Source: Promethearchaeota archaeon
GTDB lineage: Archaea > Asgardarchaeota > Thorarchaeia > Thorarchaeales > Thorarchaeaceae
Assembly: GCA_027031765.1 (NCBI GenBank)
Contig: JALVPN010000127.1
Location: 1-12,591 of the forward strand
Reading direction: 5' to 3'
Length of the DNA stretch: 12,591 nucleotides
Shown: piece by piece, positions 1 through 6,969 of the stretch
How positions within the stretch are numbered: position 1 is the stretch's first letter
How the letters are laid out: every line of letters begins with the position of its first letter
Translations under genes and position numbers: made by a program
The notes under the pieces: model-generated
Seen by the model: the letters and a program-made list of their open reading frames with translations, nothing else
The model's database searches: none
What the model was told of the DNA's origin: nothing

Positions 1-2
1 AG

Positions 3-74
3 GAGTCGGAGGCGGTCCCCGAAACGGTGGGGGCATCAAGGCCAGTCCCCGCAACTGGAGAGGAGGCTGACTAG
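3..74 (+). CDS. C-terminal fragment of an upstream gene truncated by the window edge; by position probably the hydrogenase small subunit (NuoB/MbhJ-like)
   Basis: Open frame ESEAVPETVGASRPVPATGEEAD ends at TAG 72-74, one base before the GTG at 76. Its GAGGAGG also serves as the RBS of the next gene. The identity comes only from gene order; no motif is visible. Confidence 0.45.
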   Translation, partial: ESEAVPETVGASRPVPATGEEAD

Positions 75-75
75 T

Positions 76-657
76 GTGAGTCCAGAGAAAGACCAAGGCC
101 AGCAGACCGCCGGTGCCCCGGAGTACCACCCGGCCCCCCGTGAGGGGCACGAAACAGAGTACGCCATTCTCGAAGACATCCTCACCAACCTGAGCGGGCA
201 TGTCATCCCGGAGCGGTCCTATGTCCACAAGCAACCACGACGCGTATTCGTCCAGGTGCGGCCAGATAGCATCCGCGAAGTCGTGAAGTACATGATGGAG
301 CACCACAACATGTGGCAGATGTCCACTCTGTCGGGCCGTGACCTTGGTGATGACCTCCAGGCCTGCTATCACTTTTTCCTCAACGACAAGAAGGTTGCCA
401 TTACGTTCCGGTTGGATGTACCACGCAGCCGTCCCGAGTACCCATCAATTACTGACCTGTTCCCAGCTGCCGAGTTTGTTGAGAATGAGATCCGGGAGAT
501 GTTCGGAATTGTGCCAGTGGGGCACCCGAACCCGCGCCGCTGTGAGTTGCCTGAGAACTGGCCCGACGGCGAATACCCACTCCGAAAGGACTGGGCTGAC
601 CCACGTGGTCTGATGGAACGTTCCAAGACCACTGGACCAAGAGTTACGGAGGAGTAA
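76..657 (+). CDS. nuoC: Group 4 [NiFe]-hydrogenase subunit, NuoC/EchD/MbhK family
   Basis: Complex I 30-kDa-family motifs PSITDLFPAAEFVENEIREMFGI and LPENWPDGEYPLRKD. GTG start with a GAGGAGG RBS. The symbol is a family label, not a claim of true complex I. Confidence 0.9.
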   Translation: MSPEKDQGQQTAGAPEYHPAPREGHETEYAILEDILTNLSGHVIPERSYVHKQPRRVFVQVRPDSIREVVKYMMEHHNMWQMSTLSGRDLGDDLQACYHFFLNDKKVAITFRLDVPRSRPEYPSITDLFPAAEFVENEIREMFGIVPVGHPNPRRCELPENWPDGEYPLRKDWADPRGLMERSKTTGPRVTEE

Positions 658-660
658 CGG

Positions 661-1893
661 ATGACCACTCCTGATGAAAGACGAGTCGTAGTCCCTCCCC
701 GTGTGTCAATCCCAATAGGCCCTCAGCACCCCGCCCTCAAAGAGCCCGGGATGTTCAGGCTGACAGTGGAAGGTGAGCGGATTGTCGATGCCGAAGTGAA
801 CATTGGTTACAACCACCGTGGCATCGAGAAGCTTGCCGAGTCAAAGACACACCTGCAGAACCTGTACCTTATGGAGCGGATTTGTGGGATTTGCTCGGCC
901 ACGCACAATGGGAACTATGCGCAGGCCGTCGAGTTCGCAGCAGAAGTCGAGATCCCTGAGCGTGCAAAGTTCATCCGCACCCTTACATGGGAACTGGAAC
1001 GTATTCACTCCCACATACTCTGGCTGGGCGTTGCCTTCCATGAGGTCGGCTTTGATACCGCCTTCATGTATTCGTGGCGGGACCGCGAAGTGGTCATGGA
1101 CATGCTCGAAGACCTCTCCGGGAACCGTGTGAACTATGGCATGAACACGATTGGCGGTGTCCGTCGTGATGTGTCAGACGAGCTCCGCCTGCGTCTGCTG
1201 AAAGGGCTTGACAAGCTTGAGGAACGGATGGAGTACTATCGTGATGTGGCCATCTACGAGAAGACGTTCTGGGACCGTGTTGCGGGCGTGGGTCTCCTTG
1301 AGACCGGAGTGGCCAAGCGGACTGGTGCTGTGGGGCCCACAGCGCGTGGCAGCAACGTACCGGTTGATGTCCGGTTCAACGACCCCACACAGGCATACGC
1401 CCACATCCGGGACTCTGGAGAGTTTGAAATGGTGCTCTCTGACCGTTGCGACGTTGCGGGGCGCTCGATAGTCCGGGTGACTGAAACAATCGAGTCGGTT
1501 CGGATGTGCCGCTGGCTGCTCAACAACATGCCTGATGGCCCAATACGTGAACGTGTCCGTCCCAGGATACAGCCCAACGAGGTCCTCGCAAGGTACGAGG
1601 CCCCTCGCGGTGAGTGTATCCACTATCTTGTCACGAACGGGACACAGAGTCCTGAACGCATCAAGATCCGTGCCCCTACCCACGCAAACTGGGTGAGCAT
1701 GGCCCACTGTCTGCGTGGTGGTTACATCGCGGATGCACCGATTGTCCTTGCTGCAATCGACCCCTGCTTCAGCTGTACAGACAGGGTGGTGATTGTAGAC
1801 GCCGATGAGCACACGCTGGAGTTAGTACCACTCGATGTGCTACGGGTCAGAGCGAACAGGTGGTACAAAGAAAACAACAGGAGTAGCGACTGA
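661..1893 (+). CDS. Group 4 (energy-converting) [NiFe]-hydrogenase large catalytic subunit (NuoD homologue; EchE/MbhL/HycE-like)
   Basis: GPQHPALKEP and HRGIEK motifs, L1 motif ERICGIC (C75/C78, nt 883-894), EAPRGE, and L2 motif DPCFSCTDR (C369/C372, nt 1759-1785) followed by a 35-aa C-terminal extension. Confidence 0.93.
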   Translation: MTTPDERRVVVPPRVSIPIGPQHPALKEPGMFRLTVEGERIVDAEVNIGYNHRGIEKLAESKTHLQNLYLMERICGICSATHNGNYAQAVEFAAEVEIPERAKFIRTLTWELERIHSHILWLGVAFHEVGFDTAFMYSWRDREVVMDMLEDLSGNRVNYGMNTIGGVRRDVSDELRLRLLKGLDKLEERMEYYRDVAIYEKTFWDRVAGVGLLETGVAKRTGAVGPTARGSNVPVDVRFNDPTQAYAHIRDSGEFEMVLSDRCDVAGRSIVRVTETIESVRMCRWLLNNMPDGPIRERVRPRIQPNEVLARYEAPRGECIHYLVTNGTQSPERIKIRAPTHANWVSMAHCLRGGYIADAPIVLAAIDPCFSCTDRVVIVDADEHTLELVPLDVLRVRANRWYKENNRSSD

Positions 1894-1895
1894 AC

Positions 1896-2981
1896 ATGCA
1901 GGCCGTAGGAGTACTTGACCTAGCCGTGCAGGCACTCTGGGTGCTCGTGTTCCCGGGAGTGTTCTTCATCACGACCTTGGCACTGCTCTGGGAGTGGTTG
2001 GACCGCAAGTTCTATGCGCGGCTCCAGAACCGTGTGGGGCCACTGCATACCGGCTGGCACGGCATTCTCCAGCCTCTCATGGACTTCCTAAAGCTGCTCG
2101 GAAAGGAAGACCTCACCCCGGCCAAGGCTGACAGGCGCAGCTTTGCTGCTGTCCCGGTCGTGATGTTAGTCATCAGCCTGACAATGTGTATGTTCCTCCC
2201 GGTTGTCGACATGGACCCGAACACGCCCGGTATCCAGGGCATCCTGAGCTTCGAGGGCGACCTTGTACTTGTCCTGTTTCTGTCGACACTGATGGCAATC
2301 GCAATCGTGCTGGCCGGCCACTTCTCAAGCAACCCGTTTGGGGAAACTGGTGCTGCTCGTACCGGGATGCTCCTCATCAGCTTCGAAATCCCACTAATTC
2401 TTTCTGTACTCACTCCCGCCCTCCTTGCACACAGTCTGCGCATCTCAACAATCACAGAGTCGTTGAAACAGCTGCAGCCTGCATATGCATGGCTCATGGT
2501 GCTCCCCTTTGTAGTATACGTCATAGCGCTGCAGGCCGAACTTGAGAGGATTCCCTTTGATGTCAGCCATGCTGAAACAGAGATTGTACATGGCTGGCAG
2601 GTGGAATACAGTGGGAAGAAGCTTGCCATCATCCACCTTGCTGAGGACATCATGCTGGTCTTTGGTGCAGGCATGGTGACGACACTGTTCTTGGGTGGGC
2701 CCTACCTCCTCGAGTATATTCCACTGGATGTGTTCTCGGCGCAGTTCGCTACGTTCATGGCCACATCTTGGGTGGGCACAGTGTACTACACGCTGGTCTT
2801 TGTGCTCAAGTCCGCCCTTGTAGTCCTCCTGCTGAGCAACATGCGGACGCTTTTCGCACGGTGGCGGATTGACCAGATTGTCCATGCTGGCTGGAAGGTC
2901 ATGGTCCCAATCGCACTCTTCAACTTGATCCTTGTCCATGTCGCACTCACATACATATTCCCAGTGTTGGGGGTGCTGTGA
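1896..2981 (+). CDS. nuoH: Membrane subunit, NuoH/EchB/MbhM family
   Basis: Multiple hydrophobic helices, with LDRKFYARLQNRVGP, GILQPLMDFLKLLGKE, ERIPFDVSHAETEIVHGWQVEYSG and FARWRIDQ motifs typical of complex I subunit 1. Confidence 0.92.
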   Translation: MQAVGVLDLAVQALWVLVFPGVFFITTLALLWEWLDRKFYARLQNRVGPLHTGWHGILQPLMDFLKLLGKEDLTPAKADRRSFAAVPVVMLVISLTMCMFLPVVDMDPNTPGIQGILSFEGDLVLVLFLSTLMAIAIVLAGHFSSNPFGETGAARTGMLLISFEIPLILSVLTPALLAHSLRISTITESLKQLQPAYAWLMVLPFVVYVIALQAELERIPFDVSHAETEIVHGWQVEYSGKKLAIIHLAEDIMLVFGAGMVTTLFLGGPYLLEYIPLDVFSAQFATFMATSWVGTVYYTLVFVLKSALVVLLLSNMRTLFARWRIDQIVHAGWKVMVPIALFNLILVHVALTYIFPVLGVL

Positions 2982-3355
2982 CGATGGTCCGGCTCGGAAA
3001 GATGGAAGGCGAACTGATACGGAGCATTTCAAAGAGGCCTGCAACGGTAATCTACCCGTTCACAAAGGACGGCCTGAACATCCCACCGGGGCTGCGCGCC
3101 CGCTGGTCATATGCCAACCCCGACATGTGCACCGGCTGCAAGATCTGTGAACGCGTGTGCCCCAGTGGTGCCATTGAGATGGTCGAGTGTGGCCCGGATG
3201 ACGTGCGCACCAAGACCGGCTTCCGTCCAATATGCCACTTTGACCGGTGCATACTGTGTGGACAGTGTGTTGAGTCGTGCCCACGTGATGTCCTCCGGCT
3301 GACCGACTCCTTTGAGATGGCCTTTCTCAGCCGTGAGGACATGGTACTCCGTTAG
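2978..3355 (+). CDS. nuoI: 2x[4Fe-4S] subunit, NuoI/EchF/MbhN family
   Basis: PATVIYPF, CTGCKICERVCP and CILCGQCVESCP motifs. The GTG start overlaps the upstream TGA (GTGA); an alternative ATG lies at 2984. Confidence 0.9.
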   Translation: MTMVRLGKMEGELIRSISKRPATVIYPFTKDGLNIPPGLRARWSYANPDMCTGCKICERVCPSGAIEMVECGPDDVRTKTGFRPICHFDRCILCGQCVESCPRDVLRLTDSFEMAFLSREDMVLR

Positions 3356-3357
3356 TC

Positions 3358-3927
3358 TTATGTCTGGGAGGACTCAACAGCCCGCCTCCCGGCCTCTAGC
3401 CCCAGCTCCAGTGCCTTGAGGTTCAGTTCCTTGAACCTTGGCCACCTCTCTGCAATCCGCTGTTTCAGACCCTCCACTGAAACAATCCCGGTTATTGCTG
3501 CAAGGGCACCCAGCATGACAACGTTGGTGGTCTGTTTGTTTCCCACCTCCATGTCGGCAATCCGGGTGGCTGGGATCTTGTACACCCTCACACTTGACGG
3601 AAGGCTGCCCTCAATCTGTACTAAGTCCTCGTCAACAATGAGGATTCCACCCTCCCTCATTCCATCGACGTACTCAAGATATGCAGCCCGGCTCATGGCA
3701 ATGAAGACATCAGGCCGCTGCACCTTCGGGTAGTCTATCTCCTCGTCTCCAATCACAACCTCGCTCTTGCTCGCACCGCCCCGTGCTTCGGGGCCATAGC
3801 TCTGTGTTTGGACGACATACTTGTTGTCTATCAGCGAGAGGGTTTCACCAAGCACCACCGCCATTGTAACTATTCCCTGTCCTCCGAACCCGCCAATCCT
3901 CACCTCGTAGCGGCTCATCCCTGTCAC
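3358..3927 (-). CDS. korC: 2-oxoacid:ferredoxin oxidoreductase gamma subunit
   Basis: GFGGQG, QSYGPEARGGASKSEV, DYP and NVVMLGALA motifs. 4-nt GTGA overlap with the beta gene. Confidence 0.92.
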   Translation of the reverse strand: MTGMSRYEVRIGGFGGQGIVTMAVVLGETLSLIDNKYVVQTQSYGPEARGGASKSEVVIGDEEIDYPKVQRPDVFIAMSRAAYLEYVDGMREGGILIVDEDLVQIEGSLPSSVRVYKIPATRIADMEVGNKQTTNVVMLGALAAITGIVSVEGLKQRIAERWPRFKELNLKALELGLEAGRRAVESSQT

Positions 3928-4766
3928 CCCCGCAGTTTCTTGTAGGCCTCCCGCAGTACCGCGGTGTATTCGGGCTTTTCTACGTCAACAAACTCGCCGC
4001 AGACAATGCGTGTTTCGTAGTCCAGCTCCGCCTCATGTGGGGGCAGGCCGTTCTGTATGTCTGCCACTTCCAGCAAGTGTCTGTGCATTGCCACACCGTC
4101 GCCGAGCCGGTTCATCCGCCCGTATGCAGTGGGGCAGGCGCCGACAATCTCGATGAACGACAGCCCTTTCTTCTCAATCCCCTTCTCTATCGACTTTGTT
4201 GCTCTACGGACATGTACTGCGGTCCACCGTGCAACAAATGTCGCTCCTGACGATGCGGCGAGCTTCACGAGGTTGAAGCTATGTTCTACGTTCCCAATCG
4301 GTGGCGGGCTGGTCTGTGTATATCGGAGGTGCTCAGTTGTTGGCCCGAACTGGCCTCCTGTCATCCCGTAATTGAAGTTGTTGACACAGACGATGGTCAT
4401 GTCGATGTTCCGACGACAGGCATGTATCAGGTGGTTGCCCCCGATGGCAGCAATATCGCCGTCGCCGGAAACAACGATGACTTCAAGTTCGGGGTTTGCA
4501 ATCTTCACACCTTCCGCAAATGCGATTGCCCGCCCATGGGTGGTGTAGTACGTGCCGGTCTTGAAGTAGCCTGATGTGCGGCCCGTGCACCCAATTCCTG
4601 AGACCACAACCACCTTGGAGAAGTCAATACCAAGGTTGTCGATTGCACGCGCAACCATTCCAGTGACAATCCCGACTGAACAGCCGGAACAGTAGATCCA
4701 TGGCTGACGGTCCTCACGTATGTACTTTGCCATCGGGTGCTTGAGCACCGGGACGGACTCGGTCAT
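3924..4766 (-). CDS. korB: 2-oxoacid:ferredoxin oxidoreductase beta subunit (TPP-binding)
   Basis: CSGC, SGIGC, THGRA, GDGD...IGGNH...NNFNYGMTGGQ TPP-binding motif and CPT. ATGA overlap with the alpha gene; GAGGTG RBS. Confidence 0.93.
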   Translation of the reverse strand: MTESVPVLKHPMAKYIREDRQPWIYCSGCSVGIVTGMVARAIDNLGIDFSKVVVVSGIGCTGRTSGYFKTGTYYTTHGRAIAFAEGVKIANPELEVIVVSGDGDIAAIGGNHLIHACRRNIDMTIVCVNNFNYGMTGGQFGPTTEHLRYTQTSPPPIGNVEHSFNLVKLAASSGATFVARWTAVHVRRATKSIEKGIEKKGLSFIEIVGACPTAYGRMNRLGDGVAMHRHLLEVADIQNGLPPHEAELDYETRIVCGEFVDVEKPEYTAVLREAYKKLRG

Positions 4767-5899
4767 GATGAGTGCACCTCTCTAATCATCTGGACGATTT
4801 CTTGTGGGAGCTGAGGCATCCCCGCTGGCTTCGTCATCAGGTGTACGGGTGTCGGCGATGCTGCAGCCTTCACCATGTAGTATATCTGCCCAAGGTTCTG
4901 CTCTGCAACTATTATCTGTTTGACCTTGGTCGCAAGGTCGACCACATGTCTTTCTGGGAACGGCCACACGGTCTTGAGTCTCAGGAGGCCTGCACGGATG
5001 CCCTCCTGCCGTACGTCCTTGATTGCACGCTTCGCGCTCCTTGAGGGGGTGCCATAGGCGATGACTGCTATCTCCGCATCATCGAGCATGAACTCCTCGA
5101 CCTCGACTATCTTGTCTGCATTCTTGAGTATCTTGTTGTTCAGCCGGGTAATCAGCTCTATCTGCACCTCTTCCTTATCGCTCGGATACCCCCTCTCGTC
5201 ATGGGTGAGTCCGGTCGCGTAGAACTGATACTTGGTGCCAAGGAGTGCCATCGGTGGTACTAGGTCGTCATCAGGCTTGAACGGGAGGTATTCGGACGGG
5301 TCTACAGTGGGGAGTTTACGGTATTCCAGCTTGATGTCCTTTTCATCTGGGATTACCAAGCGCTCTCTCATGTGGCCCACGGTTTCGTCCGCGAGCAGAA
5401 AGACTGGCACACGATAACGCTCCGAGAGGTTGAAGGCCCGGATGGTTTCGTCGAACATCTCCTGTACTGATGCTGGTGTCAGCGCAATGATCTGGTAGTC
5501 CCCATGGCTGCCCCACTTTGCCTGCATTACGTCGCCCTGCTGACCCCTTGTCGGCTGTCCTGTGCTCGGCCCGCCACGCATTATGTTTACCAACACCAGT
5601 GGTGTTTCGGTCATCACTGCAAGTCCAACTGCCTCCATCATGAGGCTTACTCCTGGGCCTGAGGTGGCAGTCATTGCCTTGGTGCCAGTCCATGATGCTC
5701 CGATGACGCTTGTGATGGATGCTATTTCGTCCTCGTACTGCACGTATGCCCCACCGACCTCCGGCATCCTCCGTGCCATCCACTCTGCAATCTCAGTGGC
5801 CGGCGTTATGGGGTAGCCCCCGAAGTACCTGCAGCCGGCGCTTATGGCGCCCTCTGCACATGCTATGTCGCCCATTGTGAACATGATGCGTTTGGGCAT
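4763..5899 (-). CDS. korA: 2-oxoacid:ferredoxin oxidoreductase alpha subunit (2-oxoglutarate-type; substrate not certain)
   Basis: YPITP, EDEIAS, ATSGPG, RGGPSTGQPT and LKTVWPFP motifs. GGAGGTG RBS at 5909-5915. Confidence 0.93.
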   Translation of the reverse strand: MPKRIMFTMGDIACAEGAISAGCRYFGGYPITPATEIAEWMARRMPEVGGAYVQYEDEIASITSVIGASWTGTKAMTATSGPGVSLMMEAVGLAVMTETPLVLVNIMRGGPSTGQPTRGQQGDVMQAKWGSHGDYQIIALTPASVQEMFDETIRAFNLSERYRVPVFLLADETVGHMRERLVIPDEKDIKLEYRKLPTVDPSEYLPFKPDDDLVPPMALLGTKYQFYATGLTHDERGYPSDKEEVQIELITRLNNKILKNADKIVEVEEFMLDDAEIAVIAYGTPSRSAKRAIKDVRQEGIRAGLLRLKTVWPFPERHVVDLATKVKQIIVAEQNLGQIYYMVKAAASPTPVHLMTKPAGMPQLPQEIVQMIREVHSS

Positions 5900-6253
5900 C
5901 TATTGCTCCACCTCCTGTGCCTTCTTCGCGGCCTCAAACTCTGGGATTAGTGTGCCCTCCTGCAGAGCACCAGCCTCGTATGCCTTCAGGGCCTCCTCCC
6001 TGTCTGCAAGGAATATTGCCATGTCCGGACAGATCCTCTCACAGAACTCACAGTTGACGCAGGAGTCGATGTCACAAGCCGTGACAGGGTGGTATCCCTT
6101 TCGGTTGTACTTTGCCGTATCAATGCAGAGTACATTCTTCGGGCAGAACTCGACACAGAGGCTACACTGTTTACACTGTTCTTGGAGTATGACCAGTACC
6201 TTCTGTCTGGTTCGCGGAGGCCTCGGAGTTATTGGTTTTCGTATAGCTGACAT
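5900..6253 (-). CDS. korD: 2-oxoacid:ferredoxin oxidoreductase delta subunit (2x[4Fe-4S] ferredoxin-like)
   Basis: CKQCSLCVEFCP and CVNCEFCERICP motifs with NRKGYHP between them. First gene of the kor operon; its stop abuts the korA start. Confidence 0.88.
   Translation of the reverse strand: MSAIRKPITPRPPRTRQKVLVILQEQCKQCSLCVEFCPKNVLCIDTAKYNRKGYHPVTACDIDSCVNCEFCERICPDMAIFLADREEALKAYEAGALQEGTLIPEFEAAKKAQEVEQ
5909..5915 (-). promoter_or_regulatory. Shine-Dalgarno site (GGAGGTG) for korA, embedded in the korD 3' end
   Basis: CACCTCC on the + strand, 9 nt from the korA ATG at 5899. Confidence 0.7.
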
Positions 6254-6430
6254 TGCGTTGGAGTCTCCATGATAGCCGGCCCAAGGCTGGTGTTTGACGC
6301 TTCGACGAGAAGACCAGAGCAGCCAGTGGTCTAGTCGCGCATTGGGCGGACCGCCGAGCTATTTGAGCCTTACTAAGTAGCATGTGCATTGACAACATGC
6401 CCCGTGGAAACTGGTGATGGATGACCAGAG

Positions 6431-6436
6431 TTAAAG
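6431..6436 (+). promoter_or_regulatory. Putative archaeal TATA box for the wHTH regulator gene
   Basis: TTAAAG is one of very few A/T-rich hexamers in this GC-rich intergenic region, about 50 nt upstream of the TTG at 6488. Confidence 0.45.
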
Positions 6437-6487
6437 GGGAGAGTGTCCTGCTGGAGGGTGCACATGGTGTCTTGGGAGATGTGAGTC

Positions 6488-6952
6488 TTGCCCGAGGACG
6501 AGATCTCTGAAGAGGAGCTCGCTAAGATTCTCAAGGGCAAGACCCTGCGAGTCTATTGGTACATGCTACGGCACCCTGTCCCAATGACAGCACGAGAAAT
6601 CCAGAGGGGGGCCGAGCTCTCAAGCCCTTCACTGTCCATGCACCACCTAGAGCGGCTGAGGTCTATTGGTCTTGTTGACAAGAATGTCCATGGCGAGTAT
6701 TCGGTGGTGCGTGATGTGCGGGTGGGGCTCCTGAAACTGTTCATAGGTCGGGGGCGTCTTATGGCACCCCGTTTTCTTTTCTATGCGACATTCTACACAT
6801 CCCTGACAGCTGCACTGGCCACAATGTTCTGGCGCTATTCTGACTGGTACTCCGGTCTTGTGCTCGCCCTGCTGATTTCGGCATGCGCCGTCCTGTGGCA
6901 CGAAGCATTCAAAATATGGAGGGAACAGCCATTCTCGGAACACGAGGAATAG
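6488..6952 (+). CDS. Membrane-tethered winged helix-turn-helix transcriptional regulator (ArsR-like N-terminal domain plus two C-terminal TM helices)
   Basis: wHTH pattern LKGKTLRVYWYML...MTAREIQRGAELSSPSLSMHHLERLRSIGLVDK...GEY, then two hydrophobic segments (FLFYATFYTSLTAALATMFW and YSGLVLALLISACAVLW). TTG start preceded by GGGAGATGTGA. Confidence 0.8.
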   Translation: MPEDEISEEELAKILKGKTLRVYWYMLRHPVPMTAREIQRGAELSSPSLSMHHLERLRSIGLVDKNVHGEYSVVRDVRVGLLKLFIGRGRLMAPRFLFYATFYTSLTAALATMFWRYSDWYSGLVLALLISACAVLWHEAFKIWREQPFSEHEE

Positions 6953-6969
6953 CTGCAAGAAGTAGAACT

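Noticed and set aside
1174-2674. Long antisense ORFs (1174-1812, 212 aa; 2012-2674, 220 aa; also 2445-3044)
   Set aside because: They lie opposite well-supported hydrogenase genes and have no motifs. Such shadow ORFs are expected in GC-rich coding DNA.
661-3355. Annotation as respiratory complex I, Fpo or Mbx/Mbs
   Set aside because: The large subunit has both CxxC Ni-binding motifs and a maturation tail, which those complexes lack.
6883-6969. ATG 6883 as the surface-protein start
   Set aside because: It overlaps the regulator gene by 70 nt and would place the signal peptide too far from the N-terminus.
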